Source: an uncultured delta proteobacterium
GTDB taxonomy: Bacteria; Myxococcota_A; Polyangia; Polyangiales; JAFGIB01
Direction: 5' to 3'
DNA: 64,000 nt
NCBI GenBank assembly: GCA_963778655.1
Contig: CAVZVA010000011.1
Span: 416,001-480,000, forward strand
Shown: positions 50,006-58,937 of the stretch, piece after piece
Numbering within the stretch: position 1 is the first letter of the stretch
Layout of the letters: each line of letters opens with the position of its first letter
The notes under the pieces: generated by a model
The model's input: the letters and a program-made list of their open reading frames with translations, nothing else
Told to the model about the DNA's origin: nothing
The model's database searches: none
Program-made: the position numbers and the translations under genes

Positions 50006-50800
50006 TCAGACGCGCCCCAGCATCTGGCCGAGGTGGAACGAGATCGTCTCGCGCGCGTACAGCGTCCAGCCATACACGTAGCTACGCCGGCCGCGATCCT
50101 CGACGCCTTGCGGAAACAGCGCTTGCATCCGCGCGAAGCGCTGCGCGTCGCGCGTCGCGAGGATCATCTCGCACGAGGTCGGAACCCACAGACAGCGAAA
50201 GCCCTGCTGCTTGGCGCGCTGCACCGCCTCGGGCACGCCGATGATCCAGCTGTCGTGAAACACCACGATGCCGTTCTGCGCCACGTAGGGCAGCACGCCG
50301 TCGAAGTCGTGGGTGACCTGGGGATGGCGATGCAGCCCGTCGATGAAGACCAGATCGTAGGCCGGTTGCTCCACCGTGGCCGCGATGTCCTGCGGCGAGG
50401 TTCCCTTCTTGTTCTTCAGGATCGCGCTGAGCTGCAGCTCGTCGGCCAGCGCCTGCGCGATCCCCGCAGCCTTCTGGCCCGCGCCCTCGGACTGGTTGTC
50501 GAGCGTGATCACGCTCTTGCCGCCGTGATGCTTCATCACGTCGGCGATGTAGGCCGAGGAGAAGCCGAACGCGTTGCCGATGATGTAGCAATGCTCCGGG
50601 CGGAAGCCCTCGATCAGCGTGCCGAACACGCGGCACTCGTCCTCGCCGATCGAGATCGGGTAGTGGTGTCCGCGCAGCCGCCGGTGCGGTCCGCCCGGGT
50701 TGAGCAGCCCCTTCTCCCACAGAAACCCGACGTCGGCGATGCGATCGAGGGTCTTGGTGACGCGCGCGAGCGCGTCGTCGGCCGTGGCCGTCTCGGTCAT
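50006..50800 (-). CDS. Class I SAM methyltransferase (Methyltransf_24-like)
   Basis: IGNAFGFSS, DLVFIDGLH and GIVVFHD. Confidence 0.85.
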   Translation of the reverse strand: MTETATADDALARVTKTLDRIADVGFLWEKGLLNPGGPHRRLRGHHYPISIGEDECRVFGTLIEGFRPEHCYIIGNAFGFSSAYIADVMKHHGGKSVITLDNQSEGAGQKAAGIAQALADELQLSAILKNKKGTSPQDIAATVEQPAYDLVFIDGLHRHPQVTHDFDGVLPYVAQNGIVVFHDSWIIGVPEAVQRAKQQGFRCLWVPTSCEMILATRDAQRFARMQALFPQGVEDRGRRSYVYGWTLYARETISFHLGQMLGRV

Positions 50801-50857
50801 GCGCTCCTCCGCCGGGCACGCGCCGCACCCGCACAGCGATTCCGCCAACCGTTCATG

Positions 50858-50883
50858 CTTGCCGTCTTCCCGTCTTCCTGTTT
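50858..50883. repeat. GAAGACGGG-family half element
   Basis: cttgccgtcttcccgtcttcctgttt. Confidence 0.65.
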
Positions 50884-50960
50884 CATGAATCCCACACGTA
50901 TCCACGCCGAACGTGGTTGTATAGCGCGAGCGGGGCGTGCTCGGCAAAAGGGGCCGGGCG

Positions 50961-52820
50961 TCACAACCCGAAGGGCAGGCGGGCGGGGGGCAAATCGGCC
51001 ATCCCGCCGACGGGTGGGGGCCGGAACGACCGGTAGCGGCTGCCGTCCCAGGTCACGAACACGAAACGCGGGTCCTCGAGCGGGGCATCGAAGCGGAAAC
51101 GCGCGGCGGCCACGCGCCGGTCCGCGGTCAGCGCGCGCACCTCGATGCGCAGCCCGCGCAGCTGCACCACGCTGCCCACCGGCATCACCAGCTCGCGCGC
51201 GCGGTACAGCTCCTGCAGCGGCGCGGCGAGCAGCCCGCCGCCGAAGGCGAGGTCGAGCGTCTGCGCATCGGGACGCTCGATGCGCAGCGGCACCGCGCCG
51301 AAGCATAGCGCGCGCACGCGACGCGGCGCGGGCCGCTGCTCGAGCGCGGCCAGCTCGGGCAGCAGCTTGACGTAGAAGTAGTCGGGCGAGCCGACCACCA
51401 CCAGATCGCGCCCGGCCGCCTGCGCGCGCGCCGACTCGGCCGCAGCCTCGGCGGGCGAGGTCAGCGCGATGCTGCAGGCCGTGAGCGGCAGCAGGAGGGG
51501 CGACAGAAACAGGTGGAAACCCGCGAAGGCGATCACGAAGGTGCGCGCGCAGCCCTGCCACAGCGCGCCCTTTGCAAGCCAGGACGCGCGGGCGAGCAGG
51601 CCGTGCCAGAGCTGCGCGAGCAGCCCGAGCGCGCCCAGCCCGACGAAGAACAGCAGGCGGTTGTTCGGGTGCGTGGTGCACGCCGGCACCAGCGCCGCCA
51701 GCATGCCGAAGCCGAAGAAGCGCGCGGTCGCGTCGGCACGCAGCAGCGGCAGCATGCTCGCCAGCAACCAGCCCGCGACCAGCAGCGCGAGCGCGTAGTG
51801 CGCGTGCTGCAGCGGGTCCGACAGGTACTGCGAGCTCTCCGCCGGCGGCAGCCCGAGCTGGCCCAGCAGCAGGCGCGGCGCACGCTGCAGCACGGCCAGC
51901 GCGAAACGCAGTGGCTCGTGCCCGGGATCGATGTAGAGGCCCGAGAATGCGGCGCCGCGGCCGAGCGCACGGTAGAGCACGCGCCAGCCGGCCAGCACCA
52001 GCAGGTGCGGCAGCAGCGTGCGCAACCGCAGCGCCAGCGGACCGCGCTCCAGAAAGAGCGCGTAACCCAGCAAGTAGCCGAAGATCGCGATCGCGCCCTC
52101 CCCGGCGAGCAGCGCGCAGCCAAACAGCAGCGGCGAGAGCACGGCGTGCGCCCGCGAGCCGCCGCTGCGCGCGCGCTGGTGGCTGGCGAGCGCGCACACG
52201 CCGAGCAGCGCGCAGACCACGGCGTTGCGGTTCGCGATCCAGCCCACCGCGAAGCCGTGGGTGTGATCGAACGCGTACATCACCGCGGCCACGCCGGCCA
52301 CGGCGCTCGTCCCGAGCAGCCCGCGGTACAGCCGCGTGACCGCGTACACCAGCGCGAAGTAGAACAGCAGGCTGTGTGCGTGCTGCAGCGGCGCCGAGTC
52401 GGGCCAGAGCGCGGCGTCCAGACGGTGGGTGAGCGCGCTGAGCGGGCGATACATCGAGACCAGCAGGCGCGGGTAGATCCACCACGGCGCGTAGCCTTGC
52501 TCGACCTGCCAGTGGTTGCTTGCGGGGTCGCCGTTGGCGATGCCGAACGGCGATTGATAGGCGCGCAGCAGCGCGGCCGAGCCGGGCAGCCCGGAGAACA
52601 GATAGCGGTGCACGAAGTCGTCGAGGTGAAAGCCGAGCCCGAGCGTGGGCAGCAGCAACAGCGTGCTGGCGGCGGCCAGCCCGCGCGGCAGGCGCGGGTG
52701 CAAGACCAGCGCGAGCAGCACCCGCCCGGCCCGGCCCGCCGCCTGCTCGGGCGGGCCGGCGGCGGGCATCAGCCCTGCGCCGGACGCTTCGGTGTGCGCG
52801 GCCGATACAGGATCGCTCAT
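50961..52820 (-). CDS. TMTC-like GT-C fold membrane protein (paralog 2)
   Basis: HLDDF, MYRPLSALTHRLD, WIANRNA, AGE and NRLL; ATGA-coupled to paralog 3. Confidence 0.72.
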   Translation of the reverse strand: MSDPVSAAHTEASGAGLMPAAGPPEQAAGRAGRVLLALVLHPRLPRGLAAASTLLLLPTLGLGFHLDDFVHRYLFSGLPGSAALLRAYQSPFGIANGDPASNHWQVEQGYAPWWIYPRLLVSMYRPLSALTHRLDAALWPDSAPLQHAHSLLFYFALVYAVTRLYRGLLGTSAVAGVAAVMYAFDHTHGFAVGWIANRNAVVCALLGVCALASHQRARSGGSRAHAVLSPLLFGCALLAGEGAIAIFGYLLGYALFLERGPLALRLRTLLPHLLVLAGWRVLYRALGRGAAFSGLYIDPGHEPLRFALAVLQRAPRLLLGQLGLPPAESSQYLSDPLQHAHYALALLVAGWLLASMLPLLRADATARFFGFGMLAALVPACTTHPNNRLLFFVGLGALGLLAQLWHGLLARASWLAKGALWQGCARTFVIAFAGFHLFLSPLLLPLTACSIALTSPAEAAAESARAQAAGRDLVVVGSPDYFYVKLLPELAALEQRPAPRRVRALCFGAVPLRIERPDAQTLDLAFGGGLLAAPLQELYRARELVMPVGSVVQLRGLRIEVRALTADRRVAAARFRFDAPLEDPRFVFVTWDGSRYRSFRPPPVGGMADLPPARLPFGL

Positions 52821-54628
52821 GGCAGCAGCCTGGTGAAGTCGACCTTCGGCAGCACCACGCTTCTGCCCGGCGGCGGCGGCGTGAACGGCACGAACACGCG
52901 GCCGCGCCACTGCATCAGCTCGTAGTGCGGATCCTCGAGCGGGCGGGCAAAGCGCGCCAAGATCTCGGCCGGCCGGCCGTCGGCGGTGAGCGCGGTGACC
53001 TCGATCTCGAGGTCGCTGAAGCGCACGCGGTAGCCGACCGGCATGCGGTGCGAAGGGTCGCGCTGCATGCGCTCCGAGGGCAGCGCCAGAAAGCCGTTGG
53101 CGGGCCGCACCCGCAGCGTGCGCGCGTCGACGCGCGTGATGCGCACGTCGCTGCCGGCGGTCGCCAGCCAGCGCACGGCGCGTGGCCGGTTCTCGCCCGA
53201 GGCCGCGCGCATCGGCGGCACGTAGCCGGCGTAGGCGTCGAGCGGCGGGTTCATCAGCACCACGGTCTTGTCGCGCACCGCCGGGCTCAGGTCGATCGAA
53301 CGCTCTGCAGTGCCGATCATGCGCTGGCCGTCGAGCGGAGCGCGCACGCGCAGCGGCAGCCATAGCGGTGCGAGCCCCAGGTGCAGGAACACGCAGCCGT
53401 AGCCGACCAGCCGCTGGCCGCGCATGCCGAGCGGCGGGCGCACGGGCGCAACCTCCGCCCCACCGCCCTGCAGCCAGGGCGAAAGCAGCAGCGCGATCAG
53501 CGGCGCGCCGCCCACGCCCACGAACAGCAGCAACCGGTCGTGGGGAAACTGCGCGCTCACCGGCAGCGCCGAGAGCACCGCACCGAGCGCGAAGAAGCGC
53601 GCCACCGCCTGGCTGCGCAGCCAGGGCCACAGCGCGAGCACCATCACCAGCAACACCAGCAGCACCACGCCCAGCATCAGCCCCGGCAGCCAGGGCGCCA
53701 CCAGCGGGTAGGCCTCGAAGAAATCACTGGGCGGAAACGCGAGCTGGCCGACCAGCAGCATGGGCACGCGCACCAGCGCGGCGTGCGCAAAGCGCAGCGG
53801 CTCGCTGCCGGGATCGATCACCAGCCCCGAGCCGCGCGCGCCGAAGCCGAGCGCGCGGTACACGAGCCCCCAGGCCACCACCACCGCCGCGTGCGGCAGC
53901 AGCCGCCGCAGCGCGGTCTTGCGCGGCGCCGGGTCGATGAACAGCGCGTACGCGAACAGGTAGCCCGCGACCGCGAGCGCGGCCTCGCCGGCGAGCAGCG
54001 CGAGCAGCAGCACCAGCGGCGCCGCACGACCCGCGCGCAGGTCGCCGTCACGCACGCGGCGATCGTGCAACAGCAGCACCGGCAGCCCGAGCGCCAGCGC
54101 CACGATCGCGTTGCGGTTCGCCAGCCAGGCCAGCGTCATCCCGTGCGCATCGTCGATCGCATACAGCAGCAGCGCGAAGGCGGGTACGAAGACAGCGCCG
54201 GCGGGCGGGCCGAGTAGGCGGCGGTAGAGCCGCCACAGCGGGACCAACGCGAGCGCGAACCACAGCAGCGAGTGCAGGTGCATCAGCAGCGGGCTGTGCG
54301 GCCACAGCCGGTAGTCGAGCCAGTGGGTCATCACCGAGACCGGCCGGAAGTACGCCATCACCATGTGCGGATCGGTCCACCAGCCGGTCATGCCGACTTC
54401 CATCATCTGGTGGGCCTGGCGCGGGTCGCCGCTGGCCCACACGAACATCGCCAGCGGGTTCTTGGGAATCGCCGGGATGTCGCGGCGTCCGGTCAGCACC
54501 AGCTCGTGGAAGAAGTCGTCGCCGCTCAGCCCGGTGGTGAGCGCCGGGGAGGCCAGCAGCAGGGCGATCGCCACGATCGCAATCGGAGCCGCCGGCTCGG
54601 ACAGCCAGCGTTGAAGAGCCGAGCGCAT
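52817..54628 (-). CDS. TMTC-like GT-C fold membrane protein (paralog 3)
   Basis: SGDDF, YFRPVSVMTHWLD, WLANRNA, AGE and DRLL; start MRSALQRW. Confidence 0.72.
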   Translation of the reverse strand: MRSALQRWLSEPAAPIAIVAIALLLASPALTTGLSGDDFFHELVLTGRRDIPAIPKNPLAMFVWASGDPRQAHQMMEVGMTGWWTDPHMVMAYFRPVSVMTHWLDYRLWPHSPLLMHLHSLLWFALALVPLWRLYRRLLGPPAGAVFVPAFALLLYAIDDAHGMTLAWLANRNAIVALALGLPVLLLHDRRVRDGDLRAGRAAPLVLLLALLAGEAALAVAGYLFAYALFIDPAPRKTALRRLLPHAAVVVAWGLVYRALGFGARGSGLVIDPGSEPLRFAHAALVRVPMLLVGQLAFPPSDFFEAYPLVAPWLPGLMLGVVLLVLLVMVLALWPWLRSQAVARFFALGAVLSALPVSAQFPHDRLLLFVGVGGAPLIALLLSPWLQGGGAEVAPVRPPLGMRGQRLVGYGCVFLHLGLAPLWLPLRVRAPLDGQRMIGTAERSIDLSPAVRDKTVVLMNPPLDAYAGYVPPMRAASGENRPRAVRWLATAGSDVRITRVDARTLRVRPANGFLALPSERMQRDPSHRMPVGYRVRFSDLEIEVTALTADGRPAEILARFARPLEDPHYELMQWRGRVFVPFTPPPPGRSVVLPKVDFTRLLP

Positions 54629-54736
54629 CCGCGTCAGGTCCTTGTAGCACACCCGTTGCCCAGCCCGCTGCGGCCGCGGCTCCGCCGGAACCTGCGCACG
54701 CGCCGGCCGCCGCGGCGTTGGCGTATACTTGCCGCG

Positions 54737-56695
54737 ATGCGCCTGCGGCCATCGCACGCCTCCGGCCTCGCGCGCGGCGCTGGCTCCACGCAACAGACGC
54801 CCGCAAGCGGGCTCGCCCGCGCCCTGCGCTGGCTCGGCCGGCCGCATGCCGCGCTGTGGCTGGGCGGCCTGGCGCTGCTGCTGGTCTCGCCTGCGTTGGG
54901 CGGCGGCTTCGCGCTCGACGACTACGTGCTGCGGCTGCTCGCGCGCGACGACCCCGGCTTCGCAGGCTTTCACGCCAACCCGCTGCTGCTGTTCAGCTTC
55001 ACCAGCGGCCGGCCCGCCGACAACCACGCGCTGATGGACGCCGGCGCGCTGCTGCCCTGGTGGAGCGACCCCCACCACCTCAACGCCTTCTTCCGCCCGC
55101 TGTCCTCGCTGGCCCACCTGCTCGACTTCCGGCTGTGGCCGCACAGCCCGCTGCTGATGCACCTTCACTCGCTGCTCTGGTTCGCGGCGCTGCTGGGCGT
55201 GGTCGCGCACGTGTATAGGCAGCTGGGCGTAGGCCCGGCTGCCTTGGGTGATCGCGGCAGGGTCACGCGACCCTCTGGCGAGGCTCGCTTCGCTCCGTTG
55301 CCCGTGCTCGCGTTTGCGTTGTTCGCGCTGGATGGGGCGCACGGGATGACGGTGGCGTGGATCGCCAACCGCAACGCGCTGGTGGCCGCGACGCTCGCTT
55401 TGCCGGCGCTCGCTGCGCACCACCGCTGGCTCGCGCAAGGCTTTCGGCCCGGCGCTTACCTGGGCCCGCTGTGCTTCGCGCTGGGGCTGTGCGGTGGCGA
55501 GACCGCGCTGGCCGTGCTCGGCTACCTGTTGGCGTACACGGTGGTGCTGGACCGCGCGCCGTGGGGGCGCCGCCTCTTGCACCTGCTGCCCTACCTCGTG
55601 CTGCTCGCACTGTGGCGCGCGACCTTCCTGTGGCTGGGGCTGGGCTCTGCCGGCTCGGGCGCCTACCACGATCCAGGCCGCGAGCCGCTCGCCTACGCCG
55701 CCGCGCTGCTGCAACACTTGCCCGTGTTGCTCTCCGCGCAGCTCGCGCTGCCGCTCGCGGACGCCTGGTTCTGGGGCGCGCCCGAGCTGCACCTGCCGAT
55801 CTGGCTGCTCTCTCTGGCGAGCCTCGCGCTGCTGGCCGCCGCCGGCCACGTGCTGCTGCGCCACGACGAGCAGGCGCGCTTCTGGGGCCTCGGCATGGTG
55901 CTCTCCGCGTGCGCGGTCGCCGCCTCGGTGCCGGGCGAGCGCCTGCTGCTCGTGCCCGGCGTGGGCGGCGCGGCGTTCGTCGCCATGCTGGTGTGGAAGC
56001 TGCTGCCAGCCGCGAGCACGGACGCGAGCGGGCGCGCAGAGCGCGTGACGCCGCAGCCACGCTGGGCGCCGCCGTTGCTCGCTGCGCTGTTGCTGCTGCA
56101 CGGCGTGGTCGCGCCGCTCTCGCTGCCGGCCCAGGCCTCGGCCCTGCGCCTGCTGTCGGCCGCGATCGCGCGCGTGGACCGCGACATCCCGCGCGCGCCC
56201 TCGATCGCCGCGCGCACGGTGATCGTGGTCAATGCGCCCTTCGACGTGATGCTGAGCTACCTGCAGGTCGCACGCGAGGCCGAGGGCGTGCCGCGCCCGC
56301 AGCACCTGTACTGGCTGGCCACCGCCAGCTCGCCGCTCTCGCTGCAAAGAGTCGACGCGCGCACGCTGCGCATTCGGGCAGCGCGCGGCTTCTTGCTCAC
56401 CGAGCCCGAGCGCCACTACCGCGGCGATCCGCGCGGCCTGCCCGTGGGCAGCGAGGTGGCGCTGAGCCAGATGCGGGTGAAGATTCTCGCGGTGACGCCG
56501 GACGGCCGCCCGGCCGCGGCCGAGTTCCGATTCCGCGAGCCGCTGGGCTCGCCGCGCTACCTGCTGCGGCGCTACTCACACGGGCGCTTGCTGCCCCTGC
56601 CCCCGCTCGCAGCAGGGCAGAGCCTGTCGCTGCCCCGCGAGGATTTCTTGGCCACGCTGCTCGCCCAAGCCTTCGGGCCCGCGCCAGGCCCATGA
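54737..56695 (+). CDS. TMTC-like GT-C fold membrane protein (paralog 4)
   Basis: ALDDY, FFRPLSSLAHLLD, WIANRNA, GGE and ERLL. Confidence 0.72.
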   Translation: MRLRPSHASGLARGAGSTQQTPASGLARALRWLGRPHAALWLGGLALLLVSPALGGGFALDDYVLRLLARDDPGFAGFHANPLLLFSFTSGRPADNHALMDAGALLPWWSDPHHLNAFFRPLSSLAHLLDFRLWPHSPLLMHLHSLLWFAALLGVVAHVYRQLGVGPAALGDRGRVTRPSGEARFAPLPVLAFALFALDGAHGMTVAWIANRNALVAATLALPALAAHHRWLAQGFRPGAYLGPLCFALGLCGGETALAVLGYLLAYTVVLDRAPWGRRLLHLLPYLVLLALWRATFLWLGLGSAGSGAYHDPGREPLAYAAALLQHLPVLLSAQLALPLADAWFWGAPELHLPIWLLSLASLALLAAAGHVLLRHDEQARFWGLGMVLSACAVAASVPGERLLLVPGVGGAAFVAMLVWKLLPAASTDASGRAERVTPQPRWAPPLLAALLLLHGVVAPLSLPAQASALRLLSAAIARVDRDIPRAPSIAARTVIVVNAPFDVMLSYLQVAREAEGVPRPQHLYWLATASSPLSLQRVDARTLRIRAARGFLLTEPERHYRGDPRGLPVGSEVALSQMRVKILAVTPDGRPAAAEFRFREPLGSPRYLLRRYSHGRLLPLPPLAAGQSLSLPREDFLATLLAQAFGPAPGP

Positions 56696-56717
56696 TAGAA
56701 CCCCCACAGGTCGTACC

Positions 56718-58610
56718 TTGACGAACCTCGACGACGTGAGCGCGCCCCCGCGGGCGGGTCTGTACCGCGGGTTGCGGCGCGCGCTCGATCACCCGGGCGC
56801 CGACCGTGCCGTGATCGTGATCTCGCTGGTGCTGCTTTCGTTCTCGCTCGACACCGGCCTGGCCGCCGACGACTACATCCACGAGCTGATCGCGCACGGC
56901 TCGCACGCGATCGAGGGCTTCGCGCGCGCGCCGCTCGACATGTATCGCTTCACCGACGGCCCACGCACCACGCTGCTGCTGATGCGCGAGGGCGTGCTCG
57001 AGTGGTGGGCCGACCCGCAGGGCAAGCTCGCGTTCTTTCGACCGCTGTCCTCGCTCACGCACTACATCGACTACACCCTGTGGCCTGGGCAGCCGTGGCT
57101 GATGCACCTGCACTCGCTGCTGTGGACCGCGCTGCTGTTCGCCGGCGTGCTCGCGCTATACCGCGAGCTGGTCAAGCCGGCGTGGGTGTGCGCGCTCGCG
57201 ATGTTCCTGTACGCGCTCGACGACGCGCGCGGCTGGGCGGTGTCCTGGGTCGCGGCGCGCAACGCGATCGTCGCGACCGCGATTTCGGTTTGGGTGCTGC
57301 TGCTGCACCACCGTGCGCGCGCCCGCGGGTTTCGGCCCGGGGTCTGGCTCGCCCCGCTGCTGCTGCTGCTGTCGCTGCTGGGCAGTGAAGGGGCACTCTC
57401 GATCTGCGCCTACCTGTTCGCCTATGCGCTGATGCTGGAACGCGGCCCGCTGCGCGCGCGGCTGCTCGGGCTGTGGCCGTACGCGGTCGTGGTGGTGGGC
57501 TGGCGCGTGGTCTACCGCGCGCTCGGCTATGGTGTGGCGCACTCGGGGCTGTACTTCGACCCGAGCACCGATACGGCGGAGTACCTGCGCGCCTCGCTGC
57601 AGCGCATCCCGATCTTGTTGTTCGCGCAGGTCGGCGGCAGCTGGTCCGACGTCTGGAGCACGCTGGTCGCCTTTCCGCTGGCGCAGCACGCGCTGGTGCT
57701 GATCGCGGCGGTGAGCCTGCTCGCGCTGGGCTATGCGATGTGGCCGCTGCTGCGGCGCGACGCGCTGGTGCGCTTCTCCGTGCTCGGCAGCCTGCTCTCG
57801 GTGCTGCCGGCCAGCGCCACCTTCGCCGCCGACCGCCTGCTGACCTGGGTGGCGATCGGCGCGTCGATCGCGCTGGCGCGCCTGATCGCCACCTACATCG
57901 AGCAGCCCCAGACGCTTACCGGCGACGCGCTGCGCGCACTGCTGCTGCCGCCGATGATGCTCGGCATGGTGTTCAGCAAGGTGGTGATCGACCCGGTCTT
58001 CCTGCCCTCGCGGGCACGCGGCAACCTGATCGTGCGCGACAACCTCGACCGCGCGCAGGCCGCCGTCCCCAGCGGGCCGGCGATCGAGCACAAGCGCGTG
58101 GTCTACGTCAATCCGATCGGCGTGCCGCTGGCCGCCTACATCGCGATCGAGCGCGCCGGCAGGGGCGTGCCGCGGCCCGAGGGCCAGACCCTGCTCGCCA
58201 CCAGCGAGAGCGACGTGCGGGTCGAGCGGGTAGACGCGCGCACGCTGCGCGTGCAGCCGCGCGGCGGCTTCCTGCAGAGCCCGGGCTCGCGCCTGTTGCG
58301 CAATCCGGCCCGCGCCTTCCGCGTGGGCCAGCGCGTGGACCTGGACTGGCTGCAGATCGAGGTCACCCAGCTGTGCGCCGATGGCCGGCCCGAGCAGATC
58401 CTGGCGCGCTTCGACCGCCCGCTCGAGGACCCCTCGTTGCTGTGGCTGCGCTGGGGCGCGGTCGGCTACGTGCCCTTCACGCCCCCGGCGATCGGCCACA
58501 GCGTGGTGCTGCCGCGCGCCGACTTCGTGCGCGCCGTATTCGGCGACACCGTGAGCCTCCCGATCGACGGCCGCATGCCCCCACCTTTCGACCCGCTCTG
58601 GCCCGACTAA
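56718..58610 (+). CDS. TMTC-like GT-C fold membrane protein (paralog 5)
   Basis: AADDY, FFRPLSSLTHYID, WVAARNA, GSE and DRLL. Confidence 0.72.
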   Translation: MTNLDDVSAPPRAGLYRGLRRALDHPGADRAVIVISLVLLSFSLDTGLAADDYIHELIAHGSHAIEGFARAPLDMYRFTDGPRTTLLLMREGVLEWWADPQGKLAFFRPLSSLTHYIDYTLWPGQPWLMHLHSLLWTALLFAGVLALYRELVKPAWVCALAMFLYALDDARGWAVSWVAARNAIVATAISVWVLLLHHRARARGFRPGVWLAPLLLLLSLLGSEGALSICAYLFAYALMLERGPLRARLLGLWPYAVVVVGWRVVYRALGYGVAHSGLYFDPSTDTAEYLRASLQRIPILLFAQVGGSWSDVWSTLVAFPLAQHALVLIAAVSLLALGYAMWPLLRRDALVRFSVLGSLLSVLPASATFAADRLLTWVAIGASIALARLIATYIEQPQTLTGDALRALLLPPMMLGMVFSKVVIDPVFLPSRARGNLIVRDNLDRAQAAVPSGPAIEHKRVVYVNPIGVPLAAYIAIERAGRGVPRPEGQTLLATSESDVRVERVDARTLRVQPRGGFLQSPGSRLLRNPARAFRVGQRVDLDWLQIEVTQLCADGRPEQILARFDRPLEDPSLLWLRWGAVGYVPFTPPAIGHSVVLPRADFVRAVFGDTVSLPIDGRMPPPFDPLWPD

Positions 58611-58682
58611 CCGTCCCGCCGTGCTCGTAAGTCGTGGTCGTGCTCGGCCCCGTCCCTCGTCACCGCACGACGCTCAGAGAGG

Positions 58683-58718
58683 AAACAGGAAGGCGGCAAG
58701 ACGGGAAGACGGGAAGGG
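58683..58718. repeat. GAAGACGGG-family element (9-nt periodic)
   Basis: aaacaggaaggcggcaagacgggaagacgggaaggg. Confidence 0.7.
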
Positions 58719-58937
58719 TTGACGGCCTTTGAAGACCCAATCGTCGGAGGTCGTTGCGCGTCCCTGGGCAAGAAGAAAGCCTCTCGGACGTGGCCTGCAG
58801 GGGCTTGTCTCGGAACAGCCCGAAGTCGAACGAATGCAGCGCGGCCGCGCTGCCTGCCACACCCAGCACCGCCATGCCAATCGGCCATTTCCAGTTGCGC
58901 ATCGGCCGGCAGGCCGGACCACGCGGGCGCTACCGCG

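Noticed and set aside
52817..56416. 1199-aa single protein
   Set aside because: The first half is antisense to paralog 4; the real gene starts at 54628 (MRSALQRW).
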